From NCBI GenBank assembly GCA_002457745.1, contig NTKV01000001.1, positions 1-51,023 on the forward strand: a DNA stretch of 51,023 nucleotides. Reading direction: 5' to 3'. Below the pieces are notes generated by a model. That model made no database searches, was not told where the DNA came from, and was given only the letters and a program-made list of their open reading frames with translations. Shown here one piece after another: positions 1 through 9,449 of the stretch. Numbering within the stretch: the first letter of the stretch is position 1; the number at the start of each line of letters is the position of its first letter. The position numbers were made by a program, and so were the translations under genes. Source of the stretch: SAR116 cluster bacterium MED-G06. Its GTDB lineage: Bacteria; Pseudomonadota; Alphaproteobacteria; Puniceispirillales; Puniceispirillaceae.

Positions 1-106
1 GGTCACCGACACCGACAGCATCACGCTTGCCATCAATCAGATGGCCGGCCGGCGCCACATCAGCGTGGCGTAGTGAATCGATTGTCGCCTGGTCAAGCAT
101 TGCCAT
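1..106 (-). CDS. N-terminus of probable aldehyde dehydrogenase (runs off window edge)
   Basis: ATG at 106 preceded by GGGGG RBS; my translation MAMLDQATIDSLRHADVAPAGHLIDGKRDAVGVGD has the 'H/LxIDG' start typical of ALDHs; only 35 codons visible. Confidence 0.55.
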   Translation of the reverse strand, partial: MAMLDQATIDSLRHADVAPAGHLIDGKRDAVGVGD

Positions 107-144
107 ATCCCCCTGCTCTATCCCTCAGCTATATCCTTCTGGCG

Positions 145-196
145 GGTGCCCTGCGCCGGTGCCCGGCGCTGGTGCCCATCACCGGCACCTCTGGCA
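145..196. repeat. degenerate 13-bp tandem repeat (x4)
   Basis: ggtgccctgcgcc / ggtgcccggcgct / ggtgcccatcacc / ggcacctctggca at 145, 158, 171, 184. Confidence 0.6.
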
Positions 197-211
197 TGAA
201 GTAGCTTCATG
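195..211. promoter_or_regulatory. perfect palindrome, candidate operator
   Basis: CATGAAG-tag-CTTCATG about 90 bp upstream of the ALDH start. Confidence 0.35.
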
Positions 212-275
212 GCCATCATGTCATGGCGCAAGCCTATCGGCCAAGCATGTCGTCCGAGCCTGACTGCAGACCAAG

Positions 276-1271
276 CTAGATTTGGTGAAGATCGCGGAAG
301 CTTGGCACCGGATCGCCCGGCAAACCGACCGCCTCCCACACGCCGCGGGCAATGGCGCGCGCCATCACCGTGGCCGCCGCATGACCAAGCCCCACTGCAT
401 CCGTCATCGGAGTGTCCAGTTCACGCGCACCGGTCGAAGCAGCAAAGATCAGATCCCCATCGAAGGGCGTATGGCTTGGCACCAGCGCGCGGGCAAAGCC
501 GTCATGTGCCGCCACCGCCAGCCGCTGGCACTGCGCCTTGTCCAGCCGCGCGTCAGTGGCAATGATCCCGATGGTGGTATTCTGCGACGGGGTGAAGCCG
601 TCCTCCAGCAGGACGTTGGTGCCGGCACCTGCTGCCGCCGGGCCAAGGCCGCCAAACTCGTCACCCAGCTCCCAGGGCGCGGCCCAGAAATGGGCCACCC
701 CATCCGGCGCCGGTGCACCGCGCGCATTCACCGCCACCAGCGCGCCAACTGTGACCCCGTCCTCCAGCACAACCGACGCCGAACCGAGCCCTCCCTTGAC
801 CGGCCCGGCCATCGCACCATAACCGGCACCGGCGCAACCAAGGTCAAAATGATCGTCACGCGACCGCCAGGCCGTCGCCCCAAGACCGGCATAGGGATTG
901 TCCGTCCAGCCCTTGTCGCCGCCATTCAGCAGGTCGAACAGGATGGCTGCCGGCACGATCGGGACTTTCTGGCCTTTGAAATCAAAGCCGATGCCGGCAG
1001 CGCGAAGCGCGTTGGCAACGCCGGACGCGGCATCAAGACCAAGAGCCGACCCGCCGGACAGGACAAGAGCGTCGATATCGGTGACGAGCTTGTCGGGTGC
1101 CAGAAGATCTGTCTCGCGCGTTCCGGGCGCGCCGCCCATGACGTGAACCGAGGCGGTGAAGGGATCATCGGCACAGAGCACCGTCACCCCGGATTTCAGC
1201 GCCGCATCATGGGCGTTGCCAACCTTGATGCCGTCAACATCGGTGATCAGATTGCGTGGTCCTGTCTTCAT
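276..1271 (-). CDS. P1 family peptidase (DmpA/S58, L-aminopeptidase/D-esterase-like)
   Basis: NLITDVDGIKVG, GGAPGTRETDLL, LSGGSA, KGGLGSAS, QNTTIG autoproteolysis site, HTPFDGD. Confidence 0.9.
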   Translation of the reverse strand: MKTGPRNLITDVDGIKVGNAHDAALKSGVTVLCADDPFTASVHVMGGAPGTRETDLLAPDKLVTDIDALVLSGGSALGLDAASGVANALRAAGIGFDFKGQKVPIVPAAILFDLLNGGDKGWTDNPYAGLGATAWRSRDDHFDLGCAGAGYGAMAGPVKGGLGSASVVLEDGVTVGALVAVNARGAPAPDGVAHFWAAPWELGDEFGGLGPAAAGAGTNVLLEDGFTPSQNTTIGIIATDARLDKAQCQRLAVAAHDGFARALVPSHTPFDGDLIFAASTGARELDTPMTDAVGLGHAAATVMARAIARGVWEAVGLPGDPVPSFRDLHQI

Positions 1272-1282
1272 CCTGTTCCCAC

Positions 1283-2029
1283 CTAGATGCAGCGCCCGCC
1301 ATCAACCTCCATCGCCACTCCGGTGACCATCGAGGCCTCGTCGGAACAGAGATAGAGCGCGGCATTGGCAATGTCTTCAGGCTGCGAGAACCTGCCGATG
1401 GGGATGCTGGACAGGAATTTTGCGCGCATTTCTGGTGTGTCCTCCCCCATGAAGCTTGCCAGCAGCGGCGTCTCGCCTGCCACCGGGTTGACCGCATTGA
1501 CGCGAATCCCGTGCGGGGCCAGCTCCACGGCCATTGTCCGTGTGGCGGTGATCATCCAGCCCTTCGAGGCGTTATACCAGCTGAGGTTGGGGCGCGGCGA
1601 CACACCGGCGGTCGATGCGATGTTCAGGATACAGCCACCGCCTGCCACCTTCATCATCGGTACGAACGCGCGCGCCGCCAGATACACAGCCTTGGTGTTG
1701 ACCGCCATCACCCGGTCGAACGCATCTTCCCCGACATCCTCAAGCGGTCCGGACTGATGGGTGACACCGGCATTGTTCACCAGAATATCGAGCCCCCCGA
1801 AATTCTCCTGCGCCGCCGCTGCCATCGCTGACACCGAGGCGGCATCCGAGACATCGGCGCGCAACGTAATGACGCCGGTCTCTTTGGCGATCGCGGCAAG
1901 TCCGTCCTCATTCACATCGACGGCCAGAACGCGGGCACCTTCTTCGATGAACCGGTGCAGGATGCCGGCGCCGAACCCCGAACCGGCGCCGGTCACCAGA
2001 GCTGTCTTGCCTTCAAGCCTTGATCCCAT
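1283..2029 (-). CDS. SDR oxidoreductase (FabG-like)
   Basis: TGAGSGFG, NNAG, YNASK; GGAGG RBS. Confidence 0.9.
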   Translation of the reverse strand: MGSRLEGKTALVTGAGSGFGAGILHRFIEEGARVLAVDVNEDGLAAIAKETGVITLRADVSDAASVSAMAAAAQENFGGLDILVNNAGVTHQSGPLEDVGEDAFDRVMAVNTKAVYLAARAFVPMMKVAGGGCILNIASTAGVSPRPNLSWYNASKGWMITATRTMAVELAPHGIRVNAVNPVAGETPLLASFMGEDTPEMRAKFLSSIPIGRFSQPEDIANAALYLCSDEASMVTGVAMEVDGGRCI

Positions 2030-2062
2030 CACACCCTCCTTCTGGCCACGGTCTCTTCACAA

Positions 2063-3661
2063 TCATGCCACCCATTCTTGCGGGATTTGCGGGCTGGCGG
2101 CAACCAGCTCGGCGGTATAGGGATGCGCCGGTGACGCCAGCACCCGTTCGGTCTCGCCGCTCTCGACGATCGCGCCATCCTTCATCACAAGCACCCGCTC
2201 GGTAATCGCCCGCACCACACCCAGATCATGGCTGATGAACAGATAGGCCAGCCCGAATTCGCGACGGAGTCCGGCCAGCAGATCCAGAATCTGTGCGCGG
2301 ATCGATACATCGAGCGCCGAGACAGCCTCGTCGAGAATGATCAGCTTCGGCCGGATCACCAGCGCGCGGGCAATGGCGATCCGCTGGCGCTGGCCACCGG
2401 AAAATTCATGGATATATTTGCCAGCATCCTGCGGCGACAGGCCGACCGCCTCCAGCGCCGCACCGACAGCACGCGAGGCCTCCGCCCGCGTCGGGGCGTC
2501 GTCCAGCAGATGAAACGGCTCGGCGACAAGGCGCTCCACAGGGTGACGCGGATTGAAAGACCCGTACGGGTCCTGAAAGACGATCTGCATCGCGGCGCGG
2601 GTGTGCGCCGGCATCATCTGGCCGGCGGTGACCGCTGTACCAGCCAGCGTGATGCTGCCGCCACGGGGCGGCTCCAGCCCGAGAATGGCACGCGCCAAAG
2701 TTGATTTCCCGCAGCCCGATTCACCGACCAATCCGACGCTTTCACCTTCATCGACGGACAGCGATACACCGCGCACAGCTTCGCTCAGCGGCGCGGCGCG
2801 GAACAGCCTGCCCCGCCCGCGATAGCCAAGCCGCAGATCCTCGATCCGCAGCAGGGGATCAGCTTTATCCGGGAGCGGCACCGCTTGCGGGCGGTGGTTC
2901 GATGCGGCCAGAAGGCTGGCGGTATAGGCATGGCTGTGATGCCGGAACAGCGTCTCGGTCTCGCCGGTCTCGACGATCCGGCCATCCTTCATCACCGCGA
3001 TGGAACTGCTGAGGCCGGCAAGAACCGCCAGATCATGTGTGATCAGCAGGAGCGACATGTCCCCTTCCGCGACCAGCCCCCCAAGAAGGTCGAGGATGCC
3101 GGCCTGTGTCGTGACATCCAATGCCGTCGTCGGCTCGTCCGCGATCAGCAGCGCCGGCTGCAGCGCAATGGCCTGGGCGATCATCACCCGCTGGCGTTGT
3201 CCGCCCGACAATTCGTGCGGATACCGGTCCAACCCGATGCGATCAGCGGGAAGCCCCACGCGGTCGAGCCTGTCTGCTGCCACGTCGCGCGCCGCCTGGC
3301 GGTGCATGCCAGCATGGATCACCAGTGTTTCCGCCACCTGGTCCCCGATGCTCCGCACCGGGTTGAGCGCTGTCATCGGCTCCTGAAAGATCATCCCGAT
3401 ATGCCGCCCCCGAACACCGCACATCGCCGCCTCATCAAGGCCGAACAGGTCGTTGCCATCCAGTCTGGCCGCGCCGGACCGGACCGCACCCTGTGGCAAA
3501 AGCCCGATCGCCGCCAGCGCGGTCATCGATTTGCCGGAGCCGGACTCACCGGCAAGGCCGAACACTTTGCCAGCCCCGATGGACAGGGTGATACGGTCAA
3601 CCACTGTCATGTCGCCAATGCGGACTGACAGACCCTCTATGGCAAGACGCGGGGCGCTCAT
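2063..3661 (-). CDS. peptide/nickel ABC transporter, fused double ATPase
   Basis: two Walker A motifs (GESGSGKS, GESGCGKS) and two signatures (LSGGQRQR, FSGGQRQR). Confidence 0.95.
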   Translation of the reverse strand: MSAPRLAIEGLSVRIGDMTVVDRITLSIGAGKVFGLAGESGSGKSMTALAAIGLLPQGAVRSGAARLDGNDLFGLDEAAMCGVRGRHIGMIFQEPMTALNPVRSIGDQVAETLVIHAGMHRQAARDVAADRLDRVGLPADRIGLDRYPHELSGGQRQRVMIAQAIALQPALLIADEPTTALDVTTQAGILDLLGGLVAEGDMSLLLITHDLAVLAGLSSSIAVMKDGRIVETGETETLFRHHSHAYTASLLAASNHRPQAVPLPDKADPLLRIEDLRLGYRGRGRLFRAAPLSEAVRGVSLSVDEGESVGLVGESGCGKSTLARAILGLEPPRGGSITLAGTAVTAGQMMPAHTRAAMQIVFQDPYGSFNPRHPVERLVAEPFHLLDDAPTRAEASRAVGAALEAVGLSPQDAGKYIHEFSGGQRQRIAIARALVIRPKLIILDEAVSALDVSIRAQILDLLAGLRREFGLAYLFISHDLGVVRAITERVLVMKDGAIVESGETERVLASPAHPYTAELVAASPQIPQEWVA

Positions 3662-4503
3662 CGCTGTCGCCTCAGACGCGGGTCAAGAAGATCGCGAAGC
3701 CCGTCACCTGTCAGGTTCAGCCCCAGCACTGTCGCGATGATGGCAAGGCCCGGCAGAACCGCGAGATGCGGCGCGAAACTTATCATGGTCTGGCTGTCGG
3801 CCAGCATCCGTCCCCAGGAGGGGAGCGGTGGCTGCGCCCCCAGCCCGACATAGGACAACCCGGCCTCGGCCAGAATACCGAGGCTGAACTGGATGGTGCC
3901 CTGGACAATCAGCACATTGGCGATATTAGGCAGAATATGTTCCACCGAGATGCGCGCCGCGCCCTTGCCGCTGACCCGCGCCGCAAGGATGAAATCCTGC
4001 GTCCAGACGGCCAGCGCGCTGCCGCGCGTCACCCGCGCAAACACCGGCATGTTGAAAATGCCGATGGCCAGAATGGCGTTGAAGGCTGACGGGCCGAAAA
4101 CCGCGGTGATCAGGATGGCGATCACCAGAGACGGAAACGCAAAAACAAGGTCATTGCCGCGCATCACCAGATCATCCAGCCATCCCCCGCGATGGGCCGC
4201 GGCCAGCAGACCCAGCGGCACGCCAAGCCCCATGCCGATGCCGACAGCGACAATGGCAACAGCAATCGAGGTGCGCGCGCCGACCATCAGCATCGACAGC
4301 ATGTCGCGTCCGAAATGGTCGGTGCCAAGAAGGTGATCGCCGCTTGGCGGTTGCAACCGCGCCGCGATGTTCAGGCTTTCCACCGCATGCGGTGTCCAGA
4401 GAAAGGAAACAAGCGCCGCCACCAGAAACAGGCTGGTCAGCATGATGCCGACAATCAGGCTCGTCGGCATCTTCACAAAGGCTGAGGTCACCTGCCGCAT
4501 CAC
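3658..4503 (-). CDS. peptide ABC permease (DppC/OppC-like)
   Basis: HLLGTDHFGRD, EAGLSYVGLG, GDGLRDLLDPR. Confidence 0.95.
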   Translation of the reverse strand: MMRQVTSAFVKMPTSLIVGIMLTSLFLVAALVSFLWTPHAVESLNIAARLQPPSGDHLLGTDHFGRDMLSMLMVGARTSIAVAIVAVGIGMGLGVPLGLLAAAHRGGWLDDLVMRGNDLVFAFPSLVIAILITAVFGPSAFNAILAIGIFNMPVFARVTRGSALAVWTQDFILAARVSGKGAARISVEHILPNIANVLIVQGTIQFSLGILAEAGLSYVGLGAQPPLPSWGRMLADSQTMISFAPHLAVLPGLAIIATVLGLNLTGDGLRDLLDPRLRRQR

Positions 4504-5444
4504 TGCCTCCGCAATCTGGGGTCGGCGATCCCATAGGCAATATCGACCATGAAATTCACCAGGATTACGGCGAACACCAGAAGCATCACCACCGATTCAA
4601 CGACAATCAGGTCACGCTGGGTGATCCCCTGGAAGACCAGCCGCCCGAGCCCGGGAAGAAAGAACACATTCTCGATGATGATCGCCCCGGCGATGAGGAA
4701 CGAGAATTGCAGCCCGATGATGGTCAGGACCGGGATCAGCGCGTTGCGAAAGGCGTGATCGGTCAGGGTGCGGCGATGGCTCAGCCCCTTGGCCCGCGCG
4801 GTGCGGATATAGTCCTGATCCAGCACCTCGAGCACCGCCGAGCGCATCACCCGCGCAAGGATCGAGGCCTGCGGCAGCGCCAGCGCCACCGCCGGCAGGA
4901 TCAAGGCTTTCAGACAGGCCAGAACGCCGGCGTCCCATCCCGGGAACCCCCCGGCGGAAAACCAGCGAAGCTGAATGGCGAAAATCACCACAAGGATCAT
5001 CGCAAACCAGAAATTCGGGATGGCAATCCCAAGCTGGGTGATGCCCATGACGCTCCAGTCACCGGCACGCCCGCGCCGGCTGGCGGCATAGAGCCCGACC
5101 GGCAAGGCGATCAGCGTCGACAGCAACAGCGCCATCACCGCCAGCGGCAGCGAGACCATCAGCCGTGCCGCGACAAGCTCGGCCACCGGCACCTGATAGG
5201 TGTAGGAAATGCCGAAATCCCCCTGAACCATGCCGGTGACCCAGCGCAGATAGCGTTCGACCGGGCTGCCGCCAAGCCCAAGTTCGGCGCGCAACGCCGC
5301 CACCGTGTCCGGTGCCGCGTTCAGTCCCAGCATGAAGGCTGCCGGATCGCCAGGCACCATCTCGATCATCACGAAGATGACCACCGAGGCGACGGCAAGG
5401 CTGGCCAGCAACGCAACCAGTCGTGACAGGATATAGCTCAGCAT
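4500..5444 (-). CDS. peptide ABC permease (DppB/OppB-like)
   Basis: PGDPA, DYIRTARAKGL EAA loop, DIAYGIADPRLR. Confidence 0.95.
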   Translation of the reverse strand: MLSYILSRLVALLASLAVASVVIFVMIEMVPGDPAAFMLGLNAAPDTVAALRAELGLGGSPVERYLRWVTGMVQGDFGISYTYQVPVAELVAARLMVSLPLAVMALLLSTLIALPVGLYAASRRGRAGDWSVMGITQLGIAIPNFWFAMILVVIFAIQLRWFSAGGFPGWDAGVLACLKALILPAVALALPQASILARVMRSAVLEVLDQDYIRTARAKGLSHRRTLTDHAFRNALIPVLTIIGLQFSFLIAGAIIIENVFFLPGLGRLVFQGITQRDLIVVESVVMLLVFAVILVNFMVDIAYGIADPRLRRQ

Positions 5445-5486
5445 GGGTCAGCCTTGCGCCGATATCGCGCTGGTAGGAAGTCGGGG

Positions 5487-5512
5487 TCCCGCCGACCGGG
5501 ATGCCGGCGGGA
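5487..5512 (-). terminator. GC-rich stem-loop after SBP gene (mRNA stabiliser/attenuator)
   Basis: tcccgccg (5487-5494) pairs with cggcggga (5505-5512) between SBP and permease. Confidence 0.5.
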
Positions 5513-5532
5513 TGCCTGTTTTTGACAGCCGG

Positions 5533-7020
5533 TCAGTCTGACCAGCTGACGCCGGTCAGATCATTGGCCTGCGTTGGCGCGTTTTCCCAAAGACCATTGA
5601 TCTTGGCATTGGCCACGCCGGTGCGGGCCAGCTGGAACAGATAGCCATTCACATAGTCATCGGCGATCCGCCGCTGCGCAGCCTGCAACAGGCTCTTGCG
5701 CTCGGCCGGATCGGAGGCCAGCTTCAGATCATTGATCAGCCCCTGGAAGTCAGCGCTGTCATACTGGAAATAATAGTCCGGATTGGCATAGATGCCGATA
5801 TCCATCGGTTCGGTATGCGAGACGATGGTCAGGTCGAAATCCTTGCCGCGGAACACCTGCTCCAGCCATTGCGCCCATTCCAGATTCTCGATTTCGGTGC
5901 CGATCCCGACCTCGCGAAGCTGTGCCGCGATGATCTCGCCCCCACGACGGGCATAGGATGGAGGTGGCAGCTTCAACGACAGCGTGATGTTTTCGGCCCC
6001 TGCCTCTTTCAGCAACGCACGTGCCCGGTCCGGGTCATGCATCGAGCCGCCGGTCAGATCGACATAGTCCGGATTATGCGGCGCGAAATGCGTTCCGATC
6101 GGCGTGCCAAACCCGAACATCGCACCATCAATGATAGCCTGCCTGTCGATGGCATGGGCGATGGCCTGGCGGATCCGGATGTCGGACAGATGCTCGGCCT
6201 TGTTGTTGGTCGACAGGATGGTCTCACCCTCGGTCGAACCGACCATCACGCGGAAGCGCGGATCGGCGTCGAACTGCGGCAGGGTTTCCGGTGCGGGATA
6301 GCCCGGGAAGGCATCAATATCGCCTGCCATCATCGCGGCGAACGCCGCTGTCGGATCTGAAATGAATTTGAAGGTGGCCTTTTCAAGCGCCACCGCATCA
6401 CCCCAGTAATCCGGGTTGCGCGCCAGCTCCACCCGGTCGCCCTGCACCCAGCGCGAGACAGTGAAAGGACCGGTGCCAACCGGCGCGGTCTTTGCCGCAT
6501 CAATGCTTTCAGGCGCGACGATCACGGCGTCACCCCAGGCAAGATTGGTGATGAAGCCACCATCGGGGTTTGACAGCGTGATCTTCACTGTCATCGGATC
6601 AACCACATCAACCGAAGCAATGCCGGTGAACAGCCGCTTCTGGGCGTTGGTCGAATCTTCGGCCCGCGCACGGTCCAGCGAGAATTTCACATCCTCGGCA
6701 TCCATCGCCGAGCCATCATGGAATTTGACGCCACTGTGAAGGGTGAAGCTATAGACAAGACCGTCATCCGAGATTGTCCAGGACTTCGCCAGCGCCGGCG
6801 CCACCGATCCATCGGCGCGATAGCGTGTCAGCCCTTCGAAGACATTGGCATAGACCACCTCGTCAATGGCCGCGGCGGCGCCCCCTGTCGGGTCGAGATT
6901 GGGCGGCTCCAGCTGCATGCCGACGGTGATCGAGGTCTGCGCGGCAAGCGCTGTCTGTGCCCCCATAATCGTGGCCGCGGCAAGCGCAAGCCAGGCGGGT
7001 GCTGTTCGATGTAATGTCAT
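5533..7020 (-). CDS. ABC substrate-binding protein, family 5
   Basis: start reassigned to ATG 7020 (GGAGG RBS, signal peptide MTLHRTAPAWLALAAA); LEPPNLDP, GVKFHDG, PVGTGPF. Confidence 0.93.
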   Translation of the reverse strand: MTLHRTAPAWLALAAATIMGAQTALAAQTSITVGMQLEPPNLDPTGGAAAAIDEVVYANVFEGLTRYRADGSVAPALAKSWTISDDGLVYSFTLHSGVKFHDGSAMDAEDVKFSLDRARAEDSTNAQKRLFTGIASVDVVDPMTVKITLSNPDGGFITNLAWGDAVIVAPESIDAAKTAPVGTGPFTVSRWVQGDRVELARNPDYWGDAVALEKATFKFISDPTAAFAAMMAGDIDAFPGYPAPETLPQFDADPRFRVMVGSTEGETILSTNNKAEHLSDIRIRQAIAHAIDRQAIIDGAMFGFGTPIGTHFAPHNPDYVDLTGGSMHDPDRARALLKEAGAENITLSLKLPPPSYARRGGEIIAAQLREVGIGTEIENLEWAQWLEQVFRGKDFDLTIVSHTEPMDIGIYANPDYYFQYDSADFQGLINDLKLASDPAERKSLLQAAQRRIADDYVNGYLFQLARTGVANAKINGLWENAPTQANDLTGVSWSD

Positions 7021-7049
7021 GGTCTTCCTCCCTTTTTTTCTTCCACTGA

Positions 7050-8339
7050 TTAATCCGATGCCAGCAGTTTTGCCAGCGACAAGGCCATCACCGCCGCGCT
7101 TTCCGTCATGTCGGTGATGCTGATCCATTCATCGGGCTGATGCGCAAGCTCAAGGATGCCGGGCCCGTAGGCGATGCAGTTCTTGAGCCTGCCGATACGG
7201 TCGATATGTTTCTGGTCATAGGTGCCTGGCGAGACGACAAAATCGGGGTCGATTCCCATCACCTCGCGAATGGATTCTCCGACGGTGGTGACAACCGGTG
7301 CGTCACGCGCCGCCATCACCGGATGCACCTCGAACAGATCGCGAATCTCATAGCTGAATTCCGGGCGCCCGGCGGCCACCTTGTCGAGAAGGGCCTCCAT
7401 CTCGCCTTTCACTTCGGCAAGATCCTCTTCGGCAAGAAAGCGCCGGTCGATGGTGATCACACAGCGGTCCGGCACGCAGGCCGACGGCATTCCCGTGTAA
7501 TCCTCTTCCTGCTCGGCAAGCCCGCCATGGATGGCGTTGATGTTCAGGGTCGATTGCCGTGCCCCTTCCGGCACCACCGGCATTGCCGTCTGCCGCGATG
7601 CCAGCGCCGGAAACAGGCTGTCCTCCATCTCCGCCAGAACCGCGGTCATATGGCGAATGGCACAGTCACCGAGAAACGGCATCGACCCATGCGCAATCCG
7701 GCCCTTTGTCTCGATTTCGGCCCACCAGACACCGCGATGGCCGATGCAGATCCGGTCCTTGTTCAACGGCTCGGGGATGATCACATGCTGCACCCGTTCC
7801 GGGTTGAACCAGCCTTCCTCGGCAAGATGGGCCACCCCGCCAAAGCCCCCGGTTTCCTCATCCGCCGTGCCGGAAATCTCGATCGCGCCACGATAATCCG
7901 GCATCACCGCGATGAACGCCTCGGCGGCGATGATGGAAGTCGCCAGTCCGCCCTTCATGTCGCAGGCCCCGCGGCCATAGATGCGGTCGCCATCGACCTC
8001 GCCGCCAAACGGGTCACGGGTCCAGCCTTCGCCAACCGTCACGACATCGGTGTGGGAATTGAAATGAACGCAGTCACCGGCAGCGGCGCCATCATGCCGG
8101 CAGACAATATTCCAGCGTGGATGTTTTTCGGAATCGCCCAGCGCGCCTTCGGCCCGCACGAATGTCGAGGTGAAGCCGCTTCGCGCAAGGCGCGCGTCAA
8201 GATAGTCACAGATATCGCGGTAATGATCGCCTGGCGGGTTCAGCGTCGGGATGCGGATCAGCTCGCGCGTTGTCTCGACCAGGTCGTCGCGCCGCCGGTC
8301 GATCTCGGCATTCAGCCGCTTCGTCAACTCGCCGCTCAC
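7050..8339 (-). CDS. M20 family acetylornithine deacetylase/succinyl-DAP desuccinylase-like (ArgE/DapE)
   Basis: HFNSHTDVV, YGRGACDMKGG, ADEETGG, AHQPDE; start could be GTG 8339 or 8351. Confidence 0.92.
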   Translation of the reverse strand: MSGELTKRLNAEIDRRRDDLVETTRELIRIPTLNPPGDHYRDICDYLDARLARSGFTSTFVRAEGALGDSEKHPRWNIVCRHDGAAAGDCVHFNSHTDVVTVGEGWTRDPFGGEVDGDRIYGRGACDMKGGLATSIIAAEAFIAVMPDYRGAIEISGTADEETGGFGGVAHLAEEGWFNPERVQHVIIPEPLNKDRICIGHRGVWWAEIETKGRIAHGSMPFLGDCAIRHMTAVLAEMEDSLFPALASRQTAMPVVPEGARQSTLNINAIHGGLAEQEEDYTGMPSACVPDRCVITIDRRFLAEEDLAEVKGEMEALLDKVAAGRPEFSYEIRDLFEVHPVMAARDAPVVTTVGESIREVMGIDPDFVVSPGTYDQKHIDRIGRLKNCIAYGPGILELAHQPDEWISITDMTESAAVMALSLAKLLASD

Positions 8340-8393
8340 ACAGCCACCCACTTGCCGTTAGACATGTCTTCAACGCTACGGCCAAGGCCAAGA

Positions 8394-8441
8394 CAGGTCA
8401 AGAAGCAGGACGAGGATCAGGACAGGGATCAGGGGCTGTGC
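8394..8441. repeat. degenerate 12-bp tandem repeat (x4) overlapping the hydrolase stop codon
   Basis: caggtcaagaag / caggacgaggat / caggacagggat / caggggctgtgc. Confidence 0.55.
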
Positions 8442-9163
8442 GGGTCAAGGCGCTCCCTGATCGCCTCCACCACCTCGCCGACCGCCTCCACCTGTGGCAG
8501 ATGGCCAACCTCGGGGAGCATCCTCAACCCGGGGGTCGGCACAAGCGGCGGCGGGACAATGACATCCGCTGTACCCCACAAGAGGCAAAAGGGAATCGCT
8601 GGCGGGAAAGGCGCTGGCGGCGCGCCGGATTTCAGCGCGGCGGCGATGCGTCGCAACGCGGTGCGCCGGGCCTCGTCCGCCAGTGACTCGACAAACCCGT
8701 CCGCCATGCGCCGGGTGATCAGAACCTTGCGCACCACAAGCTGTTGCAGCAGCGCAAATGCCGCGTCACCATCGGCAAGTTCGGGGAGCTGGTCGATGAA
8801 GGAACGGTCCGGAATATCGGTGAGACCCGCCGGTGCCAGCAGCACAAGCCCGGTTGCATCCACCACCCCGCGCGCCGCCAGTACAAGCGCCACCGCGCCG
8901 CCAAGGGAGTGGCCTACAACAAGCGGCTGCGTCAGCCTGCCGGCGATCTCGGTTTCGATGGCTGTGGCAAAGGCGGCGGGGGTGCCGTCACCAACATCAT
9001 TGCCAGCGGTGCCATGACCGGCATATTCCGCCGCCCATACCGTCGCAAAGGGGAACAGCTGCGGGGCCAGCGCCAGCCAGGACAGGCGGTCCGCCCCGAA
9101 ACCGTGGATCAGGAGGACATCCGGCCCGTCCCCGCCAAGCCGGTGCAGCGCGGCATCTGTCAT
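8429..9163 (-). CDS. alpha/beta hydrolase resembling the catalytic domain of AcoC (acetoin dehydrogenase E2)
   Basis: LIHGFGAD oxyanion motif, GHSLGG nucleophile elbow, WGTAD, VGHLPQVE; overlaps the lipoyl gene by 4 nt. Confidence 0.85.
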   Translation of the reverse strand: MTDAALHRLGGDGPDVLLIHGFGADRLSWLALAPQLFPFATVWAAEYAGHGTAGNDVGDGTPAAFATAIETEIAGRLTQPLVVGHSLGGAVALVLAARGVVDATGLVLLAPAGLTDIPDRSFIDQLPELADGDAAFALLQQLVVRKVLITRRMADGFVESLADEARRTALRRIAAALKSGAPPAPFPPAIPFCLLWGTADVIVPPPLVPTPGLRMLPEVGHLPQVEAVGEVVEAIRERLDPHSP

Positions 9164-9393
9164 TCGATCACGCCGAGAACGGCACCAACCTCGGTCAGTT
9201 CACCTTCATCAACGCGAATTTCCGAAAGGGTGCCATCGGTCGGCGCCTCGATTTCCAGCGCCGCCTTGGTGGTGGAGATGACCACCACCACCTCACCAGA
9301 GCTCACCTCATCACCAACGCCAGCAACCCATTCGGTGATTTCGGCTTCGGTGACCTCGTTGCCAAGCTGCGGTACCAGAATTTCGGTTGCCAT
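9160..9393 (-). CDS. stand-alone lipoyl-domain (carrier) protein, 77 aa
   Basis: MATEILVPQLGNEVTEAEITEW...GDEV...ISTTKAALEIEAPTDG...VGAVLGVIE; lipoyl Lys in TKA. Confidence 0.9.
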   Translation of the reverse strand: MATEILVPQLGNEVTEAEITEWVAGVGDEVSSGEVVVVISTTKAALEIEAPTDGTLSEIRVDEGELTEVGAVLGVIE

Positions 9394-9449
9394 GGATTCT
9401 GCCCTCTCGACGGATTCAAAAACGACGTTGTCTGGTTTCCATAAAAGCG

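Noticed and set aside
7140-9017. 625-aa plus-strand ORF
   Set aside because: Antisense shadow of the M20 and hydrolase genes; no motifs; expected in high-GC DNA
9160-9163. Frameshifted acoC pseudogene
   Set aside because: A clean ATGA stop/start overlap at the domain boundary, with both domains intact, points to two coupled genes
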